From an uncultured Candidatus Binatia bacterium (GTDB taxonomy: Bacteria > Desulfobacterota > Binatia > UBA9968 > CAXXLF01): 64,000 nt of DNA. This document shows, in pieces, positions 38,324-49,313 of this stretch. Position numbers and translations under genes: made by a program. Under the pieces are notes generated by a model, which saw nothing but the letters and a program-made list of their open reading frames with translations, made no database searches and was not told the DNA's origin. The stretch lies in assembly GCA_965218425.1 (NCBI GenBank), contig OZ244621.1, positions 4,160,001-4,224,000 on the forward strand, in the 5' to 3' direction. How positions within the stretch are numbered: the first letter of the stretch is position 1; each line of letters starts with the position of its first letter.

Positions 38324-39427
38324 CTACCTCAGGCCCAGCAGCTTGAAGTAGAAAGTTTCAGATTTTTTCAGCACCTCTTCGGTAAAGATCTTGGAGATCT
38401 CATCCGGCGGTGGGATATCTGCGTTTTCAATTGTGGCTCCCTGTTTGGCCAACCAGTCCATCAACCTGCCCTGCTTGGCCTTTTTGTTTAGCGGAAAATT
38501 AGCGCCTACCTTGTCCGTGTGCTCGAATTGTCCTTCCGGCGAAGTCATGTAATCAATAAACAACCAGGCGGCCGCCGGGTGAGACGCGTACTTGGGCACC
38601 GATAGGGTGCGGTACCCGCCATGAAACTTGGGAAAAGCGATAATGCCGATGGGCGCCTTTTTGAGGGCGAGACGCACAGGAGGGCCCGGGGCTACAAACC
38701 AGAAGGCTTCCAGTTCGCCGGAAGCAATACGATTCATTCCGCCCCTATACCCACGAGCCACCAGTGGCTTCTGATTCTTAACGAGTTTCTCAAAGAAGTC
38801 GAAGGCTCGCTTCCAGTTGAGCTTCCTGTTTTCGCGCCACAGCCAGGCAAGGTTGGCAGGGATCTCTTCACTTGAGCGAGAGAGCAGGGCTTTCCCATTC
38901 CATCGAGGATTGAGCATATCCTCCCAGGACCTCGCAACCTCATGGCGAGGAACAAGGTCCGTATTGTACGCCCCTTGAAACCGGGGGAAGGAGGTCATGG
39001 CCACGTAAAGTCCATGGGAAGGCTGACTATTCGGAAAAAAATCTTTTAAATGAGGGAACGTCATTTTCTGCACGATACGGCGTCTTGCCAGTGTCTCGCC
39101 TCCATCGTCGCCCACATGGACCACATCAATACTGGATTTTTTGACGCGATTTTCCAAAAACACTCTATTGATGGTGTCTCTAGTATTGGAAGGTCGCGCC
39201 TGGACTTTGAGAAAGGGATACCTTTTTCGAAACCCTTTGAACTCATCGCGCCATTGATCCACCTGGCTTCCGGCAAGTACCACCCTTCCCTCTTTTTTTG
39301 CCTGAGCGGTCATTTTATCTCGAAGAGACTCAGCTCTCGCATGAGTACCAACGACCGGTAACAACACAAAAGAAAGAATAAGGACCAGGGCAATTAGCCT
39401 GGAACTAATAAATTTTGTCGCTCCCAT
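38324..39427 (-). CDS. Extracellular solute-binding protein (ABC SBP), orphan
   Basis: Signal peptide, AKKEGRVV, YNTDLV, SWEDMLNPRW.GK, HPAAAWLFIDY..SPEGQ. Confidence 0.9.
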   Translation of the reverse strand: MGATKFISSRLIALVLILSFVLLPVVGTHARAESLRDKMTAQAKKEGRVVLAGSQVDQWRDEFKGFRKRYPFLKVQARPSNTRDTINRVFLENRVKKSSIDVVHVGDDGGETLARRRIVQKMTFPHLKDFFPNSQPSHGLYVAMTSFPRFQGAYNTDLVPRHEVARSWEDMLNPRWNGKALLSRSSEEIPANLAWLWRENRKLNWKRAFDFFEKLVKNQKPLVARGYRGGMNRIASGELEAFWFVAPGPPVRLALKKAPIGIIAFPKFHGGYRTLSVPKYASHPAAAWLFIDYMTSPEGQFEHTDKVGANFPLNKKAKQGRLMDWLAKQGATIENADIPPPDEISKIFTEEVLKKSETFYFKLLGLR

Positions 39428-39659
39428 AGGGCCGATCCTCCTTTTGGAATGTGTTTCCCAAGTCTCTTTTACACCCTTATCTTGAGTACGTTTAAATCTA
39501 ACTAAACCTCGCGGTTACGCACTGCCCACTCTGGCAGGGTCCCGCGCAACTGTCAAGGTACGAGTATGTGGAGATGTTTCCAAAGTTTCAATTTTACCGC
39601 CCTAAAAGCCATGGTGTTCCTTCTTTATTTTAGTGCGAAGGATCGAGTGCACGTCGCTT

Positions 39660-39775
39660 ACTATCCCTCACCTTCCTCGCTTAAGACTTAACACTGTTGT
39701 CGCCGCCTTCTGCCCGTCTCCCTCCCTGCCCTCTGCTCCCTGGTTGTCAGTAGTCCTGTGGTCATCTGTTTGAAG
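39660..39775 (+). repeat. Mosaic spacer
   Basis: CTTAAGACTTAACACT, GCCTTCTGCCC, GTTGTCAGTAGTCCTGTGGTC. Confidence 0.7.
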
Positions 39776-39782
39776 AAGGGAT

Positions 39783-40004
39783 ATGATCGTCGTAACTGGT
39801 GGGGCGCCACCACCAGCGGGATCCGAGTATTTCTGTGGGTGCGAAGGCCCGGTAAAGAGCCGTATGGAGTTCGATGCTGATAACAAGGTTACTCGAATTG
39901 AGATCCTCGAAGGCCCTTTTTTTAGCGTGACGTCGCAGAGAGCACGCTTATGGGTCCAGCAAAGGGCACAGCAAGAAACCCATGGCAGAACTAAAATAGC
40001 ATAG
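39783..40004 (+). CDS. Small hypothetical protein or gene fragment
   Basis: Purine-rich SD-like sequence before ATG. Fills an otherwise empty gap. No motif. Confidence 0.25.
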   Translation: MIVVTGGAPPPAGSEYFCGCEGPVKSRMEFDADNKVTRIEILEGPFFSVTSQRARLWVQQRAQQETHGRTKIA

Positions 40005-40140
40005 CAGGGAAGGCGGGGCATAAAGCCATATATTCATGTTTGACTTGACCCGCAGCTGACAGTCGAGGTAAAAATCGATGCTCCTAGTCTGTCAGTTGAA
40101 AGAGGGACGAGAAACCGTAGAGGCCTGCTCCGCCGCCCGT

Positions 40141-40581
40141 TTACAATCGAAACCACTCCAGCAGCATTGGTTGTGGAAAGGGAATGACAAAAATATAACC
40201 TAGCAAATAGATCACGCTCCCCAGGACCACCCCTACCAGCAACCCAAGCAACCAACGACGCGTTTCCAGCGTAATGTAGAGCCAGGGGAACATGACGGCC
40301 ATTGTGACGAAGCCAGCCAATACGATTATACAGAGGGCAAACACCGCTCCTCCTACGATTAGGGCGAGCCGACGTGCTTCTTGCTGAAATTCATGCCAAT
40401 GCAGGCGGGGAACGGACGGATCCACAATGATTCTTATTCCTGCGATGGTGACCAGGACCAATAGAACAGAGCCGATCGACCATGGCACTAGACTGGCAAT
40501 CTTTCCGTGGGAAAAACCAGCGCCAATAAAAACCAATGTGAGGACTAAAATTGCCAGTAGGAATAAATTTTCGGCTTTCAT
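40141..40581 (-). CDS. tctB: Tripartite tricarboxylate transporter small permease
   Basis: About 146 aa, several TM segments, C-terminal F.IPFP, directly downstream of tctA. Confidence 0.75.
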   Translation of the reverse strand: MKAENLFLLAILVLTLVFIGAGFSHGKIASLVPWSIGSVLLVLVTIAGIRIIVDPSVPRLHWHEFQQEARRLALIVGGAVFALCIIVLAGFVTMAVMFPWLYITLETRRWLLGLLVGVVLGSVIYLLGYIFVIPFPQPMLLEWFRL

Positions 40582-40588
40582 ACTCCGC

Positions 40589-42073
40589 TCATGACTTCCT
40601 TCGCAAAAGACTAAGCACGGGTCGGTACACGAGCATGGACAAACACAGGATAACGAGAATCCAAGCAATGGGGGAAGAAAACATAAACAAGGGCCCAAAG
40701 GCTGCCTGTGCTAATTTATAATTTCGCTCCGCGAGGCCACCCAGAATAAAACCAAGCAGGAAGGTCGCCTTGCTGTAACCAAACTTGCTCATGGCGTAGC
40801 CAAAGAAACTGAACAGAAACAGCACCAAGTAGTGTCCCAACTCTTGTGAGGCCAAATAGGTACTGAGGAATGCAAAAACCAAAAGCGTCGGGGCCAGAAT
40901 GTAACCTGGGAAATAGGCTAAACGGGCAATGTGTGAAGCCAACAATCCAACACCCAAAGCGGCCAGGGCGTTGCCCCAGATGATAATCCAAAGCAAGGTG
41001 AAGGAAATCTCAGGGAACTTCCAAAGCATTCCTGGTCCGGCGGGTAATCCAGCAAGCATGAAAGCGCCAATCAAGATCGCCCAGGTGGCACTTCCTGGTA
41101 CCCCAAATGCCACGGTGGTCAAGAAACCGCTGGCCTCCCCCGATTCGTTTGATGTTTCAGTGGCTATTACCCCTTCCACGCATCCCTTACCGAACTCCTG
41201 CGCACGGCCCGAAGTTTGTCTGGCGTGCCCATAGGCCAGCCAGATCCCAACCACGGATCCGACCCCGGGGATGAGTCCTGTGAAACATCCGATAGCGGTA
41301 GCCCTCAACCAGAGCCCAAAATGGCGGAAGAGGTCTTTGACTCCTTCCAACATGTCACTGAAGGGAAGATGAATTGGTGCGTCCCGGCTCGTCTTAAAAG
41401 AAGGTTCCAAAGCGAGTTCGATTGCCGCAGGAACCGTAAATATCCCCATGACCACGGGGATAATGGGAACACCTTCCAACAGGTAGGTTTGGCCAAAGGA
41501 AAAGCGATAGACACCCGAATAAGCATGAAAGCCAACCGTCGAAAGCAGCAAACCTAAAAACCCGGCAATGAGAGCCCTGAGTGGATTTTCTCGGCCTAAC
41601 TCCGCAATAAACAGGATACCAAGCAGGATGACCAGGAAGATCTCGGGCGATCTGAAAGAAAAAACTAAAGGGCGGATCACAGGAACGAGCGGCAGGATCA
41701 TGAATCCTCCAACCAAGCCACCCAAGCCCGAGGACGCCATGGCCGCCCCTACGGCCCTGGCCCCCTGGCCTTTTTGTGTCATTGGATAACCCTCTATGAT
41801 AGTGGCTACATTGGTTACTGTCCCCGGCACGCCAAACAAGATGGAAGTGACGGCACCACCAATGGAACTCGCCACAGTGAGAGCGGCAAGAAAACTCAAC
41901 CCTTACTCAGGAGGCAAGACAAAGGCCAGTGGTAATACCAAGCCGTAGATGTGAAATGCACCGATGCCTGGAATGGCCCCTAAAACGGCGCTAATGACGA
42001 GGCCAGCCAAGACAAAAGGAAAGATATGCAGTTGGAACGGCGCAATAATGCCGTGAAGAAACGCTTCAAGCAT
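40589..42073 (-). pseudogene. tctA: Tripartite tricarboxylate transporter large permease with in-frame TAA at codon 57
   Basis: MLEAF...LGAIPGIG...LPPE*GLSF (stop at 41903-41905). SILFGVPGT, EGYPM.QKG.G.RA, EGVIATETSN. Confidence 0.88.
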
Positions 42074-42117
42074 CTAATGTCAAAGGGAGTTGGGTTGAGC
42101 CGGTCTTTCCTGCGCCT

Positions 42118-43197
42118 CTATGGTACGTAACTATTGACCAAACCGGCAAGCCACTTCAGGTCTTTTTCGCCAATGCGCTGGTTCAACAAGCCTTTTATCC
42201 GTTTCTCTGTGGCGATCCCTCCGGTAAAGTTTTCAATCACTGCGTCTTTCGATCCAATTCGCTTCTGGAAGAGCTCCTGGATCTTGGGATCGGCATAGGT
42301 CTCCTCGATGACCTGTCTCATGAACTGCACCAGGTGATCTGGCGTCCCTGGTGGCATGACCCAGCAAAAGCCCCCGCTCTGGAGAGACTCCATCCGTTTG
42401 GCCCAAGACTTATAAGGTTCTTGCCATTTATTCCCGCCCAAGTCCCACCAGGTGGGAATGTCGGGAAAAAGTGGCGCGCGTTTTGCCGCGGTGATTGCAA
42501 ATATGCGCAGGTCGCCCTTCTTCAGGGCCTCTCTTTCACGAACCGCAGTTAATGTCGCTGTAGCGCCGTATAAGTCCACCTCTCCCGTTTTCAAAGCGAG
42601 GAGACCCGGAGCAGCTCCACGATAGCCCAGGACAAAACGACACTTTAAACCGAAGTTTTTGCATGCCAATGCATAAGTGACCGGGGTCGTCGAAAATCGG
42701 CCTCCGCCTCCTAGCCTAATGACGGCGGCTTTTTTCAGATCATTGTAGTTTTTATAGGGAAGACTTCCGCGCATGAAGAGTATGTTGCCGATGGGAGAAG
42801 CGCTTGACAACCACCGGAACTTAGCCAGGTCGTAGTTAACTCCTGGGGCCTTGGTGATCTGATTCCAAAGCACAACAGGTCCGTTAATATGCATCAGGTG
42901 CAGGCCTAGTTTCCTCGATCGAGCAAAGACATTTGCCGAGGCGATGAATCGGCGCAGGTCGCTCTGGATAATCACCGCCTTGGTTCCGGTAACCTTTCGC
43001 AAACGGCTACTGATGAGGCGCGGGATCAGGTCAAAGGTGCCGCCAGGGGAAGCCGCGACTTTCACGGTAATGGTCTTACCCTTATAAAACTGGCGCGCTT
43101 GCTCGGCCGAACTTGCCATTTCCTGGCCGTAGGCCCTAACGCTAATCAAAGTAAAAAGTAAAATTGTAGCGCAGACTGATTTCATTAGATGATTCAC
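42118..43197 (-). CDS. tctC: Tripartite tricarboxylate transporter substrate-binding protein (Bug/TctC)
   Basis: FYKGKTI...V..SPGGTFDL..R, V.GY.G.....LAL..GEVD, PDIPT..DLG. GTG start after AAGGAGG. Confidence 0.85.
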   Translation of the reverse strand: MNHLMKSVCATILLFTLISVRAYGQEMASSAEQARQFYKGKTITVKVAASPGGTFDLIPRLISSRLRKVTGTKAVIIQSDLRRFIASANVFARSRKLGLHLMHINGPVVLWNQITKAPGVNYDLAKFRWLSSASPIGNILFMRGSLPYKNYNDLKKAAVIRLGGGGRFSTTPVTYALACKNFGLKCRFVLGYRGAAPGLLALKTGEVDLYGATATLTAVREREALKKGDLRIFAITAAKRAPLFPDIPTWWDLGGNKWQEPYKSWAKRMESLQSGGFCWVMPPGTPDHLVQFMRQVIEETYADPKIQELFQKRIGSKDAVIENFTGGIATEKRIKGLLNQRIGEKDLKWLAGLVNSYVP

Positions 43198-43643
43198 AAG
43201 ATTCCTCCTTTCTCTCTGTACGCTCACCTCTAAAATCGCCTTGACAATAATTTCATCCCACGCCCATCGCCGAAACTTATTTAATCCAACGGTCTCAGAT
43301 TACAAGGGAAACTATCCGATAATCGGGCCTCATGTCAACCAAAGTGTACTGGATCAGTACGTTCAGGACGACGAAGACTTGACTCCGACGAAACGGAGAA
43401 ATAGAGAGCTTTGTAAAGATGACCTAGGGTTGTGTTTTCAGATTTGACTTGACCGGCAGTTATGGGTATTGTCCACTCAAATGGAAGCGCAGGCAGAGCA
43501 TTTTTGGAGCCTGCGGGGCCATGTGAAGGGTCTGCAGTCAGTGGTTGGTACCATAATTTTCAATTTCCGGTGGCTATCTCTCAATGGCAAATTTCGATTA
43601 ATTTGATGACCAGTGGGCCGGGATGTTTCAGAAAGGAGTCAAT

Positions 43644-44771
43644 ATGAAAAGGACTTATGGGTGGTTTACATCTGTTCTCGGCGTAGTGATTTTTATCCTT
43701 TTTTCGGTTCCATCCGTTGACAAAGTAAAGGCTCAAGCAGCCGGGGGAGCGGAATGGGAAAAGATTGTCGAAGGGGCCAAGAAGGAAAAGCGACTTGTCA
43801 TTTACGGAAGCTCTAGTTATCAACAGGTCTTTTACGAGTTTCAAAAGAAATACCCCGAAATTAAAGTGGTAGGCTTTTTTTCCCGGGGCAGGAGGGTTGC
43901 GCAAAGGATGCTTGCGGAACGCAGAGGCGGGAAATACCTTGCGGATATTTACATTAACGGTGCCTGGACGGGGTACGGAGTCATGTACAAGAGCAGGGTC
44001 CTTGATCCCATGCCGCCCGCCCTGGTCTTACCCGAGGTTGTGGATAAATCGAAGTGGTGGAACGGCGAGCACCACTACGTGGACGACGACGGGAAATATC
44101 TTTTGGGTTTTAACGGTGTGAGTTTCATGGCCAACTCCTACAATACCAACATGGTAAATCCGAAGGACTTCAAATCCTACTGGGACTTTCTTGATCCGAA
44201 ATGGAAGGGGAAAATCGCAATGTTGGAGCCGACGTTTGCTCCGGCGGGTCCCTCGGTTTCGCATATATACTACGATCCCACTCTTGGCCCGAAATATCTC
44301 AGGAGACTTTTGACCGAGATGGATGTCACCATTAGTCGCGACTCCCGTCAGATCGGAGACTGGTTGGCCTCGGGAAAATATGCCATTTCAATGTTTAACG
44401 TGATAGGAAGAGCTGATATCGACCTGGCCAAGAAACAAGGGCTTCCGGTGGACTGGTGGGGACCGGAAGCATTTAAGGAAGGCGTACCCATGAGTGTCAC
44501 CAGTGGACTTGTAGCTCTCATCAACAGGGCACCCCACCCCAACGCCGCGCGGTTGGGAATCAACTGGCTCCTTTCCCGGGAAGGCCAGATGGCATACCAG
44601 AAGGTCACTGAAGGCAACTCCCTGAGAGTCGATATTCCAAAAGACGATGTACCCTCCTATGCCCTAAGAAAAAAGGGCATCAAATATGTCAAAACGGAGC
44701 AGCCTCGGTATCTCGACATGACGCCGATTCGCAAGCTCGTTAGCGACGTGCGGAAGAAGCAAAGAAGGTAG
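43644..44771 (+). CDS. Extracellular solute-binding protein (ABC SBP)
   Basis: Paralog of 14686. Signal peptide, DFLDPKWKGKI, APHPNAA...INWLLSREGQ. Confidence 0.9.
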   Translation: MKRTYGWFTSVLGVVIFILFSVPSVDKVKAQAAGGAEWEKIVEGAKKEKRLVIYGSSSYQQVFYEFQKKYPEIKVVGFFSRGRRVAQRMLAERRGGKYLADIYINGAWTGYGVMYKSRVLDPMPPALVLPEVVDKSKWWNGEHHYVDDDGKYLLGFNGVSFMANSYNTNMVNPKDFKSYWDFLDPKWKGKIAMLEPTFAPAGPSVSHIYYDPTLGPKYLRRLLTEMDVTISRDSRQIGDWLASGKYAISMFNVIGRADIDLAKKQGLPVDWWGPEAFKEGVPMSVTSGLVALINRAPHPNAARLGINWLLSREGQMAYQKVTEGNSLRVDIPKDDVPSYALRKKGIKYVKTEQPRYLDMTPIRKLVSDVRKKQRR

Positions 44772-44841
44772 CGGTAGTTTCCGGCGTGACAGCTAGCTTT
44801 TCCATGGGAGTAGCGCTAACCCAAAATTCGGAGGAAAAACC

Positions 44842-45912
44842 ATGACGGTACTAGATGCTGACGGGCACGTAGAAGAGTCTCAAGCGATGTTTAGCTTTCT
44901 CGACAAAGATTGTTATCCGAGGAGACCCATCCCACTGGGATTTGCATCCGACACGGTTTACGGAGAATGTAACGCGGTCTGGCTTATCGATGGCAAGAGC
45001 TATCCGAAACTCACCGGAAAGGGGGGCGTCCGTTTCGTGACCCCCACTCTCATGGAACGCGCAAGAAAGAAGCCTTTTTCCATTCCAGCGCAAGAGCTAA
45101 CAGACGTAGCGGCGAGGCTCGGGGACCTGGACAGAGCTGGGATCCACAAGCAGGTGGTTTATCCCACACTCTTCTTGACCACTACCACCGACGATCTGAA
45201 GCTCGAGGCGGCTCTGTTTCGAGCCTACAATGATTTCATGGCCGATGCCTGTAATAAATCTGGAGGTAGAATAAAGTTCGCCGCACAGGTTCCCATCAGA
45301 GACATTCAGGAATCCATGGCGGAACTGCGAAGAACCAAACAACTCGGGGCGGTGTCGGTAATGCTGCTGGGAGTGGCCTGGGACAAAAGCCTGGGAAAGG
45401 AGGACCTGTATCCCTTCTATGAAGAGGCTGCCAGTTTGGATATGCCGGTTTGCATCCACTTCGGGTGGGGTTGTCCTGCCATCACGGACGCCTTTGACGC
45501 CACCGACACCTTCAACAGCGCGGTCCTTCCGGTGCTGATGGGCTTTCGCAGCGTTATGGCAACGGGGCTACTGGAAGCCATTCCCAAACTACGATTTGGA
45601 TTTCTGGAGAGTGGTTCTCAATGGGTGCCCTATCTGATTCATCAATTAAAGCGGGGCGGAAGACTAAGCAAAGATCCGGCTGAATATTTTAAGGAAGGAA
45701 GGGTTTATATCGCTTGCGAGGCAGACGAGGACATTAATTATCTGACCAATTTGATTGGTGAAGACGCGCTGGTGACAGCGTCCGACTACCCTCACGGAGA
45801 CCCCTCTCACGAAGAAAATATGGCCCAAGCCATCATGGCGCGGGAGGATGTGCCGCTGAGAGTGAGGGAGAAAGTTCTCTCCACCAATCCTCAGAGGTTG
45901 TATGGATTTTGA
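44842..45912 (+). CDS. Amidohydrolase_2 family protein
   Basis: LDADGHVEE, VCIH, FLESGSQWVP, SDYPHGD. Confidence 0.92.
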   Translation: MTVLDADGHVEESQAMFSFLDKDCYPRRPIPLGFASDTVYGECNAVWLIDGKSYPKLTGKGGVRFVTPTLMERARKKPFSIPAQELTDVAARLGDLDRAGIHKQVVYPTLFLTTTTDDLKLEAALFRAYNDFMADACNKSGGRIKFAAQVPIRDIQESMAELRRTKQLGAVSVMLLGVAWDKSLGKEDLYPFYEEAASLDMPVCIHFGWGCPAITDAFDATDTFNSAVLPVLMGFRSVMATGLLEAIPKLRFGFLESGSQWVPYLIHQLKRGGRLSKDPAEYFKEGRVYIACEADEDINYLTNLIGEDALVTASDYPHGDPSHEENMAQAIMAREDVPLRVREKVLSTNPQRLYGF

Positions 45913-45947
45913 ATGATCGAGGCGAAGAGAAAAACACATTCACATAG

Positions 45948-46781
45948 GTGGAAAAACCCATGAACCCTTATAAGCACGAGACCCTGACTGTGGGGGATAT
46001 CGAAACCCACTACCTGGAGGCCGGCAAGGGACCCCATCTCGTACTGCTCCATGGGGGAGAATACGGAGCGTCGGCGGAGACCACCTGGAAGTTCAACATG
46101 GAGTCTCTGGGAAATGATTTCCATGTGATTGCCCCGGACCTGCTGGGATACGGGCAAACCGACAAGATCTATTCCTTTTCCGATCCCGCCGGCTTCAGGA
46201 TTAAGCACCTCAGCCGCTTCCTGAAAACCATTGGAATGGAAAGGGCCTATTTCGTCGGGAACTCAGCGGGCGGAGGATTAGCTCTTCGCGCCGCCGCAAT
46301 GAACCCTTCACCCTTCCCAATCGAAAAAATAGTGACCGTCTGCGGCAATGCTGGCCTCTTCAAAACCGAAGCCCAGAGTCGTCTGCAAAATTACTCCTCA
46401 AGTCTGCAGAGCATGGAAGAAATCATGGGACTTCTCTTTCACGACCGAGAGTCCTTGTCTAGAGAACTGATTCAAGAGCGATTCGAGGTTTCACTGATTC
46501 CGGGATCCTGGGAGACCCTTTCCGCCGCACGGCTGAAAAGACCAGGCTACGAAAGGACTCCCTTTACCGACACCTTTGTAAAGCAGCTCGCATCCATCAA
46601 AATCCCTCTTCTCATCATATCCTGCGCCCACGACCAGCTCAACCCCAGGGGCTGGGACAATCAATTGCAAGATATGATTCCGGACTCGAAGATTCACCGC
46701 TTCCTCAACTCCGCCCATGAACCGCAAATCGAAGAGGCCGAAGAATTTGCTCGCGCGCTTCGAAAGTTTCTGACCGACTAA
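45948..46781 (+). CDS. Alpha/beta hydrolase (meta-cleavage product hydrolase-like)
   Basis: LVLLHGG, APDLLGYG.TD, nucleophile GNSAGG, SAHEPQIE. Confidence 0.9.
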   Translation: MEKPMNPYKHETLTVGDIETHYLEAGKGPHLVLLHGGEYGASAETTWKFNMESLGNDFHVIAPDLLGYGQTDKIYSFSDPAGFRIKHLSRFLKTIGMERAYFVGNSAGGGLALRAAAMNPSPFPIEKIVTVCGNAGLFKTEAQSRLQNYSSSLQSMEEIMGLLFHDRESLSRELIQERFEVSLIPGSWETLSAARLKRPGYERTPFTDTFVKQLASIKIPLLIISCAHDQLNPRGWDNQLQDMIPDSKIHRFLNSAHEPQIEEAEEFARALRKFLTD

Positions 46782-46954
46782 ATGCGATTCTTTCCACCTT
46801 GCAATGGAGCCGAACCTGTCCTAAAGCAACGGTCATGAAGTTAGGAAACTCCGAACGAGAGTTAAAGAACCAATCTGAAGTCCATGCCCTTAACCACCCC
46901 GGGTACCGTTACGAGCATGAACACGACTCCACTTGAGCTGTCAAGGAGGACACC

Positions 46955-48043
46955 ATGGCCGAACTAAGCCGCGCAGTGACCTTAACGGCCCCCAATCGTC
47001 TCGAGCTCCGCGAATATCCGCTCCCGGACATTCCCCCGGACGGCGGGGTTGTCGCCGTAGAGATGGGTGGCGTCTGTGGCACAGATGTCAAATACTACCA
47101 TGGCAAGATAGAGCTTCCTCTGCCCATCATTCTGGGACACGAGATCCTGGGGCGCGTAGCCAAGCTGGGAAAGGAGGCGGCTCGGATCCATGGTCTCAAG
47201 GAGGGAGACCGGATCATTCTCAAAGGAGCGTTGGGTTGCGGCCGTTGCGCCGACTGCCGGCGGGGCGCGGCACGATTCTGCACGAAGAGAACCAGCTATG
47301 GAGGACGCACCCCTTGCACTGAACCGCCGCATCTATTTGGCGGGTTTGCCGATTTTATTTATCTGGCCCCGGATGTCCTTGCCACAAAAGTCAGTAATGA
47401 TCTTCCCGCTGAAGCAGCGGTGCTTATTGGATCTGTCATGGCCAACGGTTTTCAGTGGGCCATCCGTCAGGGAGGAGTGAGGATGGGGGACTTCGTTCTC
47501 ATCCAGGGGCCCGGGCAGCAAGGATTGTCTTGTACCTTTGCGGCCGCGCAGGCAGGGGCGGCCCGAATCTTTGTCACTGGTATCACCAGAGATCCGGAAC
47601 GCCTTGAGTTGGCCAAACGGTTCGGTGCCCATCGAACCATCAACGTCGAAAGGGAAAACGTTCTCGATGTCATTGCTGCGGAAACCGACGGCGCCATGGT
47701 GGATGTGGTGGTGGACGTTTCGGGAAATCCGGCGGCCATCCAGACATCCATTGACTGCCTGCGGCGCCAGGGAACTATGGTACTCGCCGGATTGACCGGC
47801 GGCGCGACGTCAACACCCATTGTGACGGACAAATTTGTTTGGAAGGAGATTCGACTTCAGGGAGCGTTTACAGCCGACAACGATGCCACGGAAGCCTCCA
47901 TGCGCTTGCTGGAGGCGACGAAGTTTCCTGTCCAGGAGATGGTTAGCCATGTATTTCCCCTGGAGGAAACCGAACGCTGCATTCAGGCCGTGGGAGGCGA
48001 AGTTTCTGGACTCTATCCCACCAAGGCGCTGATCAAACCTTGA
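46955..48043 (+). CDS. Zn-dependent alcohol dehydrogenase (MDR family)
   Basis: GVCGTD, GHE, structural Zn CGRCADC...C, QGPGQQG. Confidence 0.93.
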   Translation: MAELSRAVTLTAPNRLELREYPLPDIPPDGGVVAVEMGGVCGTDVKYYHGKIELPLPIILGHEILGRVAKLGKEAARIHGLKEGDRIILKGALGCGRCADCRRGAARFCTKRTSYGGRTPCTEPPHLFGGFADFIYLAPDVLATKVSNDLPAEAAVLIGSVMANGFQWAIRQGGVRMGDFVLIQGPGQQGLSCTFAAAQAGAARIFVTGITRDPERLELAKRFGAHRTINVERENVLDVIAAETDGAMVDVVVDVSGNPAAIQTSIDCLRRQGTMVLAGLTGGATSTPIVTDKFVWKEIRLQGAFTADNDATEASMRLLEATKFPVQEMVSHVFPLEETERCIQAVGGEVSGLYPTKALIKP

Positions 48044-48108
48044 CCCTTTGTTAGTAGCGGGCCCTAGCCTGGCGTCAAATTCTTGGGAAGATGGGTTTAG
48101 AGGGTCGC

Positions 48109-49281
48109 TTATGTGGGGATATCCTGTAAAAACATTTCCTTGGGCAAGTCCTTACCCAGACCCAGTTTCCTGGCGTTGTCATAGATTCGGCCACCCACGC
48201 TTGCAAACTGGATCCCCTGAATGCCTGAGCTCGCCCCGATATCCCCCTCCAGGGTGCCAAAGGACTGGGTAGCAAGGGTCGTGATTTCGTCATCCCGGGT
48301 TCTCTGGTAACGCTGACCTTTTTCCCAGTTCATGCAATCAACATAGCGCGCATTGGGATAGCGCTCATCCCCCTTGGAGTTCTGGGAACGCCCGCCCCCC
48401 TTTGGAATCTTAGCCCGTTCATGGGGTTGCCCGGCCAGATAACACATGGTGTTCACCCTAAGAGCAAAATCGTCGTCGATGAAACCCGCCACTGAAGGCG
48501 CCCTGCGGCGAACCAGAAGCCCCACCGTATTGATTCGTTGGTAGGCATCGGGGCTCAGCTCCGACGCCATGACGTTTGCGATATGAACCCCTGGCTCAAG
48601 CCACTCCCCTTGGATCACGGGGCTGTAGGAATTCGTACAGGCTGCAACGATGTCGGCGCCGCGCAGGGCCTCTTCGGGTCTGCTCACCGGGATCACCTCG
48701 CACTCCAGAACCTGGGAGACTTCGTCTGCATATTTTCTCAAGTTGGCCTGTGTGGGGCTGTACACCTTGATGGTGCTGATGTCGCGGATGGCGCAAAAGG
48801 CTTTGGCAAAACTACGAGCCATGCCGCCTGATCCAATCATGGCCAGAACCTTTGCTCCTGGTCGCGCAAGATACTTCGCCCCGATAGCAGCGGTGGAAGC
48901 CACGCGCAAGTGCTGTACGAACCCGTCGTTCATGATGGCGAGAAGCTCCGCGTTGTGGACGCTGAACAACATGACCAACCCACCGTAGAGTCCCGGTTCG
49001 GAACAATAGGTAACCCGTCGCCGCATACCGTTTACCATGGGCCACGAGATGATGTCGGGTTTGATGCGCAACGCGTAATAGCCTGGCTCTTTCATACCCC
49101 CTTCCATGGAGCTGAAAGAAAAAAATTCATCTGGACGTTTTGACGGGATGAGGTTGTCCACCCGAGGACGCCGGATGGCATCGCCCCGGGCCATTTGCCG
49201 GATGCCGTCTTCCAGCGCCTCAATGGCCTCCTGCGACGTAATGCATTGTTCCTGGTCCTGATTGCTTAAAAACAGTGCCAT
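48109..49281 (-). CDS. Ornithine cyclodeaminase / mu-crystallin family protein
   Basis: IGSGGMARS, KVYSPT..N, ADIVAACTNS..PV..GEWLEPG.H. Confidence 0.9.
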   Translation of the reverse strand: MALFLSNQDQEQCITSQEAIEALEDGIRQMARGDAIRRPRVDNLIPSKRPDEFFSFSSMEGGMKEPGYYALRIKPDIISWPMVNGMRRRVTYCSEPGLYGGLVMLFSVHNAELLAIMNDGFVQHLRVASTAAIGAKYLARPGAKVLAMIGSGGMARSFAKAFCAIRDISTIKVYSPTQANLRKYADEVSQVLECEVIPVSRPEEALRGADIVAACTNSYSPVIQGEWLEPGVHIANVMASELSPDAYQRINTVGLLVRRRAPSVAGFIDDDFALRVNTMCYLAGQPHERAKIPKGGGRSQNSKGDERYPNARYVDCMNWEKGQRYQRTRDDEITTLATQSFGTLEGDIGASSGIQGIQFASVGGRIYDNARKLGLGKDLPKEMFLQDIPT

Positions 49282-49313
49282 GACACCTCCTCGTTTCTCC
49301 TAGCACCGGGCCT

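Noticed and set aside
39530..39560. CCCGCGCAACTGT as a cobalamin riboswitch box
   Set aside because: Other B12-element motifs are absent and it is on the wrong strand for the adjacent gene. The TGTCAA is better read as a minus-strand -35.
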